64,000 nucleotides of DNA, from positions 7,662-71,661 of the forward strand of contig NIVC01000718.1 in NCBI GenBank assembly GCA_002269645.1, written 5' to 3'. The notes under the pieces are model-generated. The model ran no database searches. It had not been told where the DNA came from and worked only from the letters and a program-made list of their open reading frames with translations. A program made the position numbers and the translations under genes. Positions within the stretch are counted from its first letter, which is position 1. The number at the start of each line of letters is the position of its first letter. Below are positions 48,756 through 61,863 of this stretch, piece by piece. The DNA comes from Macrostomum lignano (taxonomy: Eukaryota).

Positions 48756-50806
48756 ATGCCTAACAGTAGGCGAACACACGAAGAAAGTCGAAACAGTGTG
48801 TGCATTTTATGCTTTCGCAAGGGTGACCGACAATTGACTGTAAGTCTGGAAGCCTTAATCGAGTGCTATGTCCTGCCTGGATTTGCTCAACACCGAGAAT
48901 TTCTGCCGTCAGGTATCTGCAACTCCTGCCGGATCAAGTTGTCATCGCAGAACAGTGCAGCACCAGCACCTCTTCCGCCTCGCTTGCCATACGAAAAAGT
49001 AATAGATGATCTGCACTACCTTCCACCACTCACTCGTGAACGTCCTGAGTGCAGCTGCTGGATCTGCAATGTCGCCTCCAGCAGGGCTAACAAGAACGTG
49101 AATGTAGCGCACCCCTACATGTCAGAGGAGTTCAATTCAGGGGTAGCAACTCCACTTGGCCGTCCTCTGAACTGTGCACCTGGATCCGTGAAAGACAGCG
49201 TCAAACATTGCGGCACATGCTCGTCACCAGTGGCGCGGGAGTGCGACATGAATGCGGACAAGCCGCGAAGCTGCGCTACCTCAGCACCTTGAGTCCAAGT
49301 TCAATGGAGCATGTAGCCTGCAGTTTTCTCCGCGAAAAACTAAACGCAGCAGACGTGTCTTCTTCCGGAGATGCTGCAACAGCTAGTCTGTCTTCTGGTT
49401 TCGGTGGGCATCCAATCCAAGTCCAAGCTGTTGACACATCAACCAGCCATGTCCCACAAATGTTGCACAGCACAATGAGGGCCATGAAAACTGCCTTGAA
49501 CCTAAGCACCAACCAGACCATTCAAGCTGCGCAAGTGATAAGAGAGGCGTCTGGCAACAGAAAAGCAATTCAACCTGGATTGAAGGAGTTCCTGTTTTCT
49601 GAAGGCCAGAGTGTCGCTCATTTCTTTGCTGTGGAGCAGCTCCAGTTCATCTGCAAGCAACCATCTGGGCAAGTAATTTCAATTGATCGTTCAGCTGTGT
49701 TCTGTTGCAATGTGAGTGAGTTCTTGGCTTATGTTTGCAGTTTGAGAGGCATGGCTGAGATGGAACATCATCTCAAGCTTGGAATTGATGGTGGAGGGAA
49801 TTCATTGAAGATTTGCATCAGCGTTACTGATAGTGATGGGCTCCCGGCGCAAGCTTCAATGCCTGGGCCATCCAATAGATTTCTCAACTCGGGGGTTAAA
49901 AAGCTTTTCGTCCTGGCCATTGTAGAGGATGTCAAAGAGTGTTACGAGAATGTCAAAACTCTATTATCCACCATGGACATCAGTTCCTTCCTATTCACTT
50001 TGGCCTGTGACTTCAAGCTAGCCAACATCATCTGTGGCATTCAAAGCCATGCTTCGACGCATCCTTGCCTTTACTGCGAGGGCAAGTCTCCATGGACCAC
50101 TCCAGCACCAAGCAGAACACTTGGCTCAGTGAGGCGGCTGGCAAACGAGTTTCAGTTGGCCGGCGGACATCAGCCTGCTGCCAAACACTTTGCCAACTGT
50201 GTTCAGTCTCCACTGCTGCCTGGACTGGATTCCACTGAACTGATTGAGTTGGTGCCACCACCTGAGCTGCACATTATGCTTGGCATTGTGAACCGTTTGC
50301 TGGATGAGCTCAACAACCGATGGGGCAATGATATGGCCTACAAGTGGGCCCATGGAGCAGGGATCTGTCGTCAGCAGTATCATGGAGGTTGCTTGGAAGG
50401 TCCAGCATGCAAGAAGCTGCTTCTAAAGGCTGGCGAGCTATGGAACATTTTACCTGCGCACCTGAAAATGTTTGCCGTTGCACTTCAGGATTTCAATGCA
50501 ATTCGGCTAGCCTGCTTTGGCCAAACTCTTGCCAATGACTTTGCTTTGCATATTGCTCGATTTCAGACGACATGCCAGTTCCTCCAGCTAAATGTGACAC
50601 CCAAGATGCATGCACTATTCCACCATGTGCCAACATTCTGTTCAAAGTCTGGCAAGGCATTGGGGAGCTTTAGTGAGCAGACAGTGGAGTCAGCTCACAG
50701 TGATTTCGAGGCCACCTGGCAAAGATATCGGCGCCCTTTCAATCATCCACAGTATGCCGCAAACCTTCTTCAGGCTGTTGTGAACTATAATTCGTTTCAT
50801 ATTTGA
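48756..50806 (+). CDS. Chapaev-type DDE transposase, 683 aa after repair of one frameshift
   Basis: N-terminal H-x7-CxxC, GICNSC and CSCWIC zinc motifs; core GIDGG, ACDFKLANIICGIQSHASTHPCLYC, PELHIMLG, TPKMHALFHHVP and SEQTVES; one extra G in the GGG at 49237-39 joins the two ORFs. Confidence 0.88.
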
Positions 50807-51056
50807 ACTTCTAACGTTATGGTTTGATCAACTGGACATAAACTGACTGACCTTGCCTGATTTATTTGTTTCTTCAATAGTGAGTTGCTAGTCTGTTTTA
50901 GTTGTATTGTATGGTTCTTTGTATTGTATTGTCTTTTGTATGGTTCTATTTCTGGTTTCTATTTCTAAACAATGTTCTATTCAGCAACATCTTTCGTATA
51001 CATTCAGAATACAAGCAACTTTTTAGACTTACTTATTATATCACTTTCAATCACTG

Positions 51057-51427
51057 TGGATTTTTTCGCAGTACTTTCGGTAGAAAAAATTAAAGGTGTC
51101 AAGGTGCATATAAAGGTAGTTATTACACAGGTGCAAGTGTTGATATATGCAGGTGCAAATGGATTGAATCTATTGAAGTATTTAACTGCATATCCATGTC
51201 TGAATTTTACTATAAATATTCAATTCAGAGGCCCTAGTGTGAAGTAAATACTAACTATAACAGCCAGCTAGTACTGGACTAATTAATATACCTATACGGT
51301 GTACAGACAATGCGATAGGATTTCAGTGAACATTGTTTTAGGCTACTATAAGGACACTGATCCATGGGAAACAAACTGCTTTCTTGGTATATTTCATGGA
51401 CCAATATCCTACTTCAGGGGAAGAGTG
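51057..51427 (-). repeat. Right terminal inverted repeat (~370 bp)
   Basis: Matches the left TIR. Confidence 0.95.
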
Positions 51428-51893
51428 CAATACAATAATATATGGCTGCAAGCCTAATCCTTCCCAGTCAATCCACCATACAATTGATTTAACTTGTTCC
51501 TTAATTCCTTTTTTAGCCCCAAGAAGTAGATAGGAAATGGGAAGACTCCCAAAAAGTTGGCAGTCTGCCCTGGCAGACCCGCAGATCAATGGTCGCATGA
51601 ATCAATATATTTTCGTGAGGCCGCAAACACAATGAGGTCAGAAATTTCTGTAGCGCTTTAGTAATCGTAAAAAAAGATTTGTAAATCTGACTACAATTTT
51701 GCCGTACAACACGTGGGCATTATTGTGTAATTAATTGGATCCCAACCACAAGTGTCACCTAAATTCTAAGTGGCGTGTTTTCCAACAGCCGTTAATAATT
51801 CTTGTTTATTTGAGCTCTCCTTCAGCTACGAGCGGAGTTAGTGGATCTTTTCACATGTAGTGGGTAGTGTGTTTTTTTGGCTGCAGTTTAAAC

Positions 51894-52796
51894 CAGGGGC
51901 GTCACCACGGGGGGGACATGTACTCCCCAGTAAAAGCTATGGGGGACATGCCAATGCTTTGTCGACCTCCCCACACTCCAACTTGTGACCCGGTATAAAA
52001 ATAAATAATTTTGATTCAGGGCGCCAAAATGAGTGCCTGCGGCGCTAAAATGAGTGCCTGCGGAGCTAAAATGAGTGTCTGTGGTGCTAAAATGAGTGCC
52101 TGCGGCGTTAAAATGAGTGCCTGCGGCGCTAAAATGAGTGCCTGCGGAGCCAAAATGAGTGCCTGCGGCGCTAAAATGAGTGCCTGCGGCGCTAAAATGA
52201 GTGCCTGCGGAGCCAAAATGAGTGCCTGCAGTGCTAAAATGAGTGCCTGTGGCGCTAAAATGAGTGCCTGCAGTGCTAAAATGAGTGCCTGCGGCGCTAA
52301 AATGAGTGCCTGCGGAGCCAAAATGAGTGCCTGCAGTGCTAAAATGAGTGCCTGTGGCGCTAAAATGAGTGCCTGCAGTGCTAAAATGAGTGCCTCCGAC
52401 GCTAAAATGAGTGCCTGCGGTGCTAAAATGAGTGCCTGCGCTGCTAAAATGAGTGCCTGCGGCGCTAAAATGAGTGCCTGCGGCGCTAAAATGAGTGCCT
52501 GCGGCGCTAAAATGAGTGCCTCCGACGCTAAAATGAGTGCCTGCGGTGCTAAAATGAGTGCCTGCGGCGCTAAAATGAGTGCCTGCGGCGCTAAAATGAG
52601 TGCCTGCGGCGCTAAAATGAGTGCCTGCGACGCTAAAATGAATGCCTGCGGCGCCAAAATGAATGCCTTCGCTAAATAAGAGCTGATAACACGGATTCTG
52701 AAAATAATGTACATGTAGGAATTTATTCATGTATGTACATGTCGAATTCTTGGCTTCCCCCTTCCCTCACCATGAAAACCATAGCGAGCCCCCATG
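51894..52796 (-). mobile_element. hAT-like MITE carrying ~31 copies of a 21-bp repeat
   Basis: CAGGGGCGTCACC terminus, imperfect opposite terminus GCCCCCATG, 8-bp flanks GTTTAAAC and GTTTAAAT; unique arms match the 56330 copy in reverse. Confidence 0.8.
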
Positions 52797-53044
52797 GTTT
52801 AAATTATCGTTAATGAGCTGCTCATGCAATCTCGGTACCGTTCTGCTAAGGTGAAAGAAAAATAAGAAAATTTGCTTTCTGGCAAACGTCAAGTCTGTAA
52901 GAAATCAAGGATTTAGCCAGCGAGAGCTTATGACAATTATCGAGCCATCTTCAAAGCATCAAGAATAGAAATTCAGGTTTTTCTGTATCATAAACTCAAC
53001 AAACTAGCCAACAGCCTCCTTAAACGCCTTCAAATCCCAACCAG

Positions 53045-53741
53045 ATTCTCAGCCGAAGCAGTCAACATCTACGTGAGAACGGACCTGATTCCGCACTACA
53101 TCCAGCTGCTGTCGCACAATCACGACACAATTCATGCTGTAATATTCGCTCTGCAAGGTCCTGTACCAGCCAGCCTAGCTTTCACCATCTCCCTAGTGAT
53201 CTCCTGGAGGCTGTTGCGTCACAAAGCCGGTCATCAGTTGTTGACAGCTGACGATTTGACAGCTCCAAGCGGTAGCAGCGGCGGAGGGGGCGACAGCCAA
53301 TTGCGCAGGTTGTCCCTGTCACAGAGAGTTCGCGGCGTCATCACTCGCGGCGACAGCAGCGCCTTCGAGAGCGTCAGCGGAGCGACTGCGACGGGAAACG
53401 GCAACGGTCGACCGCAGGTCTCAGCCAGGGCGGTGCTGCGCGTGATGCTAGTCGCTCTGATTTTTGCCCAGTGCGAGGTTCCGACTACGGTTCTGGCCGC
53501 GCTAGACTCGGGCGAGGAGACAGCCAAGGTGGTGATCAGTCGAGTTGTTGGCAATCTATTCATCATAGCCGATTCCTACTTCAACTTTGTGATTATCGCC
53601 CTCACAAATCGGAGATTTTTGCGCAAATCGGCCGACCTGATGGCGCGCAAGCCGGACAGATTGAGACACGTGGCCGGACTCTCGGCCAGACACCTGCCGA
53701 TGCCAGCTAGGGAGGCCATCTTCAGGCAGGTGCAGACGTAG
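53045..53741 (+). CDS. Divergent GPCR exon 2 (TM5-TM7 and C-tail)
   Basis: CAACCAG acceptor in phase 2 matches the exon 1 donor; TM6 AQCEVP and TM7 DSYFNFVIIALTNRRF; TAG at 53739-41. Confidence 0.72.
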
Positions 53742-56043
53742 ATCAGCCAGGTGTATCACGATTCATGGAACGCTCGAAAAGATCGCTAGAAAAAAAACTA
53801 AAAAAAAATAAACCAGAATGACCATCACTAATTATTTTTTACATCAACTGAATTGGAGTGAGACACAGCCAAGCACAGACAAATTATCAACAAGCATGGT
53901 AAAAACTTGATAAGAAACCACCGCTGACACAACCACAACCTTGAAAACTGTGTGGCTTCAAATCTAATCAAATCAAATATTTGATATTGTATTAATTCAG
54001 CTGAAGTTTCGACAATCAAAACTGAAAAAATCTTTCTAAGCGTTTCAGATGTGTAATTGACACAAAAATATTCTCTTTGCGGGTTAAAACTGCATGTACA
54101 GTACTGAATCGTTATTGAACATTGTAGCTATCAGCTTCTTCATTCCAATTCCCGTATTTAAATACAGAACATTTTGCGTCTGCAGCACACATATTGTTCC
54201 TTTCGATATTAATTGTAGTCTAGCTCCATATCTTGTAAAAACCCTAGCAGTTTCCCCAAAACATTTAAAAGAAGAATTCCAATCAAAAGAATGCATATCC
54301 TTCACTACATGTATGTATCATCAGCGTTAAAGTTCAAATCGGTTTTGATAAATGCAGCTGTCCGCAGTAAGTGGTTTAGTTCTTTAATTTTCATGTTTCT
54401 AAGTTGGTCGTTATAACGTTCATTTTTGTGCCGGGTTTTTTGTTTATCTTCATGGGCGTCGAAACTCACGATTAACTCGAGGTTTGTTAATGAACCTATT
54501 CCCGATAAAAAACTAGCTAATTATCGCATTTCAATATTTTAAGACGTGTGGCAAGGGACGACGATCAAATATTGATTCACATTTATTAATCACAAAATAG
54601 CACACCTTAAAAACTGTATGCGTATCAAGCCATTGACTGTAAAAGTTTCGAGCATACATATATAACTGTCAAATGTTGAAATGTTCTTGTGTTAGCTGGC
54701 CATATGGCATGTTAAGTATAGCTAAAACTCAAAACTTTACCTAATAATGTTTTTTCTACAACTCAGATTAATTCTATATGTACATGTCACGGTTCTTTTA
54801 CATTTAGGATATTAGCTGCATGATGGTACCAGAAAATAAGAAATACACCGAAACAAAATTTAGTACCGAAAATATTGTTTTATTATTTTGTTTTAATGAT
54901 TTTCCGTACACGAATGCAGCAAAGTTTTATTTTATTTTTTATCACTGTAACTTTTCACTACTTGGACTACATGCGTGTATCTCGATACTCATAACGTAAA
55001 TAAACTGTATATAGCACTGTCTGTTTATATGTCAATTGTACTTTATTTAGATTCGGGTATTAATAAAAATAAAATAATTATCAGAAAAATCCACGTATCA
55101 AAAGAAAGTAGTTTAATAAGTAATGACCAACAGCAGATAAACAAATTTTTTAAAGTTTAACATGCACAAGCGGAAGCAGCATTTTTCGCTCTACGCGCAT
55201 GCATTAGATAAAAGCAGATTGATTTGGCCAATTTAGCAAGAATTTCGTCTAGGATGTTTTCCATCCGGAGGATTTCTCTCGAACTCTACATGCATACACC
55301 TTGTTTATTATTTCAGGGATTTACATGTACTCTTTTTAAGCGAGGATTATACCAACTGTGCAATTAAGGCTTTTGCGGTTTCTGCAGATCGAGTTTCGAT
55401 CCAAAATAAAATATTTGCAATTCGCTCTACTGATTAGTAGAAAGTTAAGAAACTTAGGAAATTTGGTAAAATTTGGTTAAAAATGTCAAAACAGACGAAA
55501 AATTGAACGATCGAAAGCAGACAGAGAGAAAGAGGTACTTCGTAGAAGAGAGTTGTTCAGCGTAAAGTTGACTTAACCTAGCAGCCGTTGGCAAATAAAG
55601 CCCATAATTGTATTGATTCAATTCGTTCACGGCAACCACACTGCACTGCACACAACGCTATGCGAGGGCACATCCTGCCCCACTGAACCAATGGTCCTGT
55701 TATATACCACACCATACTCTGTAGACTTTTTGCAGAAGCACTTTCATTCTCGTATTATGGTTCTTTTGAAGCAACATCGCTACACACCAATTGCTTGAGT
55801 GAAAAAATCAGTGTTAATACACCTGTTCTTTAGTTAATGTTGACTGCAATTAAAAGCTTGTTAATTGAACGCAAATGTTTAGACCCATGTGAAATTACAC
55901 TACTGCAATTAAGTGAAATCTTATTATTAATTTGTCAAAAGCTTTCTAGAGATTGTTAAACATATTTAATTAGTGTATTTTTATAACGCTGTTACGTCTA
56001 GTAGTCCTTAGTAATAATTATAACTAGTATTATCTCCATAAGT

Positions 56044-56206
56044 ATTACCCAAATTAAATGCTGGCACCGATTTTACAGCTGGGTGCAAGCTGAAGCAATG
56101 CAGAGTTAAGTGTCTTCATGCTCAAGGACACAAATAGTTCCAAGTGCGTCAAGAATCGAACCCCCGACTGTTCAGTCGTGACTCCGACGCTCTAACCGCC
56201 AGGCTA
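56044..56206 (-). mobile_element. tRNA-derived CORE-type SINE copy
   Basis: TTTTACAGCTGGG...GTTAAGTGTCTT..CTCAAGGACAC resembles the MIR/CORE consensus; pol III A and B boxes on the minus strand; near-copy at 63690. Confidence 0.8.
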
Positions 56207-56329
56207 AAATTCCCACTTGGGTATATATTGGCTATATACATGTATATTATATGGGACCATGAAAGTTACGCCACTTGTGAAGCACGCCGAATTTAGAAAT
56301 TAAATTTCTGCTGTCATGTCGGTCACCAG

Positions 56330-58215
56330 CAGGGGCGTCGTAATGGATTTTATGACAGGGGGACAAAGCCAAGAATTCTACATGTACATGTACATTATTA
56401 ACAGAATCGCTATTGTCAGCGCTCATTTTAGCGCCGCAGGCACTCATTTTAGCGCCGCAGGCACTCATTTTAGCTTTGCAGGCACTCATTTTAGCGCCGC
56501 AGGCACTCATTTTAGCGCCGCAGGCACTCATTTTAGCGCCACAGGCACTCATTTTAGCGCCGCAAGCACTCATTTTAGCGCCGCAGGCACTCATTTTAGC
56601 ACCGCAGACACTCATTTTAGCGCCACAGGCACTCATTTTAGCACTGCAGGCACTCATGTTAGCGCCGCAGGCACTCATTTTAGCGCCGCAGGCACTCATT
56701 TTAGCACCGCAGACACTCATTTTAGCGCCACAGGCACTCATTTTAGCACTGCAGGCACTCATGTTAGCGCCGCAGGCACTCATTTTAGCACTGCAGGCAC
56801 TCATTTTAGCACTGCAGGCACTCATTTTAGCACTGCAGGCACTCATTTTAGCACTGCAGGCACTCATTTTAGCGCCGCAGGCACTCATTTTAGCGCCGCA
56901 GGCAATCATTTTAGCGCCACAGGCACTCATTTTAGCGCCGCAGGCAATCATTTTAGCGCCGCAGGCACTCATTTTAGCGCCGCAGGCACTCATTTTAGCG
57001 CCGCAGGCACTCATTTTAGCGCCACAGGCACTCATTTTAGCGTCGGAGGCACTCATTTTAGCGCCACAGGCACTCATTCTAGCGCCGCAGGCACTCATTT
57101 TAGCGCCACAGGCACTCATTTTAGCGTCGGAGGCACTCATTTTAGCGCCGCAGGCACTCATTTTAGCGCCACAGGCACTCATTTTAGCGTCGGAGGCACT
57201 CATTTTAGCGCCACAGGCACTCATTTTAGCGCCGCAGGCACTCATTTTAGCGCCACAGGCACTCATTTTAGCGTCGGAGGCACTCATTTTAGCGCCGCAG
57301 GCACTCATTTTAGCGCCACAGGCACTCATTTTAGCGCTGCAGGCAATCATTTTAGCGCCGCAGGCACTCATTTTAGCGCCACAGGCACTCATTTTAGCGC
57401 TGCAGGCAATCATTTTAGCGCCGCAGGCACTCATTTCAGCACCGCAGACACTCATTTTAGCGCCACAGGCGCTCATTTTAGCGCCACAGGCACTCATTTT
57501 AGCGTCGGAGGCACTCATTTTAGCGCCGCAGGCACTCATTTTAGCGCCACAGGCACTCATTTTAGCGTCGGAGGCACTCATTTTAGCGCCACAGGCACTC
57601 ATTTTAGCGCCACAGGCACTCATTTTAGCGCCGCAAGCACTCATTTTAGCGCCGCAGGCACTCATTTTAGCACCGCAGACACTCATTTTAGCGCCACAGG
57701 CACTCATTTCAGCACCGCAGGCACTCATTTCAGCACCGCAGACACTCATTTTAGCGCCACAGGCACTCATTTTAGCGTCGGAGGCACTCATTTTAGCGCC
57801 GCAGGCACTCATTTTAGCGCCACAGGCACTCATTTTAGCGTCGGAGGCACTCATTTTAGCGCCACAGGCACTCATTTTAGCGCCGCAGGCACTCATTTTA
57901 GCGCCACAGGCACTCATTTTAGCGTCGGAGGCACTCATTTTAGCGCCGCAGGCACTCATTTTGGCGCCACAGGCACTCATTTTAGCGCTGCAGGCAATCA
58001 TTTTAGCGCCGCAGGCACTCGTTTTAGCGCCACAGGCACTCATTTCAGCACCGCAGACACTCATTTTAGCGCCACAGGCGCTATATTATGTCGTCCTGAA
58101 GCAAAATTATTGATTTCTTATACCGGGTCACAAGGTGGGGTGGGGGACAAAGCATTGGCGTGTCCCCCATAGCTTTTACTGGGTCCCCCCTGTCCCCCCG
58201 GTGGTGAAGCCCCTG
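56330..58215 (+). mobile_element. hAT-like MITE carrying ~79 copies of the 21-bp repeat GGCACTCATTTTAGCGCCGCA
   Basis: CAGGGGCGTC and GAAGCCCCTG termini (9/10 match); arms shared with the 51894 copy; no clear TSD. Confidence 0.8.
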
Positions 58216-60081
58216 AAAGTCACAACTTAGATGTACAATTGTGAATTTTCAGCTTGTAACAGCTTAAAAAGGAAGAACTGCATGTACACTCAATTTTAGA
58301 TTATTGTTTGACAAATTGAAGCAGCTAGGGAAGTTTTCAAATTTTTATTATAGTACTAAATTCCCAATCTCTCAACTTTTTGGGGGCTTCCGAATTCGAA
58401 ATGAAACGAGTATGCCGAAAAAATGACTGGAGATTCGAAACATAATGTTTTATGAACGGCTTTTGCTAAGATTAACGTTTTGCATTCATTTCACACTTGT
58501 TTACTAAGATAAAATGGAAGGATCGCCTTGTATGTGTACTATATAGCTAGTAGTGTTCCTCTTGGGTTAAAAAACTCTGACGAAATTAACAGAATGTTCA
58601 GTCAAACTGAAAGGCGCACTTCTATTTCTCACTTTCTCGCCTTCGCAGCTCTCGCAATAACGTCCTCTCTAGGGGGGCTATCCTCTTTTTCTTTACTCTT
58701 GCCTCCCCAGAAAATCCCGGCGTTTAATTTTCCTTATTCACCGATGATTTGATTTATTATTCATTTTGTCCAGAGCTGAGTGTATATTCAGCGAAAGTGA
58801 TGTATTGCTAAGTCCATATACTAGTGTAGAGATTCCCCAGTGGCATTGCAGAGGCGATCTTTCAATACTTTGAGTAAGAAAACTACTGCACTTAGTCGAA
58901 AATACGCTATGAAAACGTTAATAATATGATGCATTTATGATCTTTATGTATGTATTTTGGTGACATGAGGGTCAATTGAGGTCGAGAAATCATACATCAT
59001 ACAACCAAAACAGTAACAACAACAAACAAACAACAACAACAAACAAAATAGGCTGTCAGGGTCTTTAGAAAGCAGCCTCTGGGCATCTGATATTCATCAC
59101 CATAGCTTGATGGTGGTTCCTAAACGAACGAACACTGAGAATTGGATGAGAAAGATCAGACATATTGAATTTCTTTCAGTTGCTATGTACAAAACCTATA
59201 ATCTCTAAAATAATATACTAAAAAAGTGCTGAAACCATTCAAAAATTCAATAACCTTTGTGACCCTCTTTGTTACTGTGTCAGCATATTCGAATAATATT
59301 ATGGAACATAACATTTTCTGCACGCAGCGATGGAACTGTGATGGAATTTTTCAAAAAGAACAGTGTTTCAAATGCTCGTAGGTAAGTTCGTAAGCTCAAG
59401 TTAATGTACTAGTAGTTCGGCTGCACCGAAATCCCCCCCAACATGGTTGCTATCAGCTGGTCATTGCTATCTTACTATTTCGAAATCTTTCTTTTAAAAA
59501 TTATCGCTATAGTCGAGCCGAGTTCGGCCGTTCTCAAGTTGTTGAGCACCGCCTCTTTCCTTAAGTGGCTGTCACGCCCCCCCCCCCCCCCAGGTCTCCA
59601 GTTATTACGGCAGAATGACAAATTCCACCTTATAAGTTTTGTTTTCTGGATTTTCCTATTAAAATGGGTAACAAAATTTCACCTTTTTTGTTTAGAAATG
59701 AAAAAAGCAAGACTTGCTTACGCCTCAGATTCAATCTGATAATTCTGTCTACCGCAATATCTGGTTGGTCTATTTTCTCCTTTCGAGTTCGCATTCCTAG
59801 CTATAGTTCGAAATGCTGAAAACAACAAGCAAAAATGAAAGCACTCAAGTGCTCGGACACTTTGCATGGCCGTCCACGAATCCACATAGCACTAAACAAG
59901 CTATAAGTTATGGGTGAAAAAAAACGTTATGTCCAACTGACACAAGAAGGACTTACTTGAGTTCAGTTTGCACCAAAAGTACGACACGAGTTGGAAACCA
60001 TGAATTCGGCTGTATATATAAGCTAGATGCGACTTGACCTGTAGAGACAACACCGGTTACTCAGTAACAGTGAGTGCAACA

Positions 60082-60581
60082 ATGTTTCTAGTATCTGCTC
60101 TGCTCGCGCTAGCAAGTCTGTTGGGCCTTGTCCTACTGTTGAGACGCTACACCGGAAGTGGATCAGTCCAGAATGGTAAGTTTAGTTCAAGGCGCCGAAC
60201 CCGTCGCCTAATCGAAGCTCCCAGTCCGGGAAGTTTCCCTCTATTGGGCAGCCTGCTTCACGTCCGGCATCCGTTGTACAAATTTTTGGCCGAGAAATTT
60301 TCTAGAAACGATGTTGTCCTGCTGTACTTCGGCAGTCAGCGAGTGTACTGCCTGAATTCCGCTAGGGCGATCCGGGAGGCCTACTCAGCTCAGGCCGAGG
60401 TGTTTGCGGGCCGGCCCAAGCTGCTGGGCGACAGTCTGGTGGGGGAGACCGGCGGCCTGGTCTTCATCGACGGGCCCGTCTGGAGAGACTACCGGCGATT
60501 CACTCTGCGAACGCTGAGAGACTTCGGATTTGGGAAGTCCTTTACTGAGGCCAGCATTTTGGAGGAGGCTCAACTGATGAG
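60082..60581 (+). CDS. Cytochrome P450, clan 2, exon 1
   Basis: N-terminal anchor, PSPGSFPLLGSL, FAGRP and WRDYRRFTLRTLRDFGFGK; GTTGGT donor in phase 2. Confidence 0.92.
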
Positions 60582-60599
60582 GTTGGTGATTGAAGATTG

Positions 60600-61330
<731 letters not shown>

Positions 61331-61863
61331 AATGGCCTCACACTGCTTCCCTATAAAGCAAGCTATAAAAGGTCATCAGCGCCCAGGCAGACGGGCAGCA
61401 CCGAGACAGGTGCAGCCAGTCAAAATTACAGCACACAGTCATAGCAATACAGGTCAGGTCTGACTGACTGATTGAGGATAATATTTCCTTGGCAAACTCC
61501 GATCAATGGTCGGGCAGCCAGAGTCAGAGGCAGCAGTAATTGAATCTATAGCTGCTAGTCCCTGGTTGAGCAAACGCAGCAGTTTGAGCGCACTGAACTG
61601 ATCAAATTTGTGCTCCTCTCCGGCCCTGAAATTCCCCTTTCCAAGGTTGCAGTGTTTTCTTTAGCAAGAAGCGTAGACTTCCTGAGCCTAATTATTGCAT
61701 TTTTGGTCTAGTTTAAATAGTGTCTTTTTAGCGTTGTCTGTTCTCCGAAAGCTCAGACAACACACAATTGACAGTAGTAAAATTTCGGAAAAGTGAAACC
61801 AATGACCTTCATAGTTTGTATAAGCCACGTTCCACAAACAGTGCCAATAATGATTGCTTCCAG

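Larger units (their letters stand above)
48087..51427 (+). mobile_element. Chapaev-type (CMC group) DNA transposon, 3341 bp, in the GPCR intron
   Basis: CACTC...GAGTG termini, ~370-bp TIRs, CAAT direct repeat at both ends (CAATACAAT in context), internal transposase. Confidence 0.9.

Noticed and set aside
51052-51058. RSS heptamer CACAGTG at the inner edge of the right TIR
   Set aside because: No nonamer at 12 or 23 bp and no counterpart at the left TIR; probably chance.
124-58172. Long low-complexity ORFs (for example 2865-4335, 14544-16150, 19548-20327, 32701-33534, 52011-52730, 56247-58172)
   Set aside because: They are open in several frames and on both strands because the repeat units lack stops; they have no splice context or protein-family motifs.
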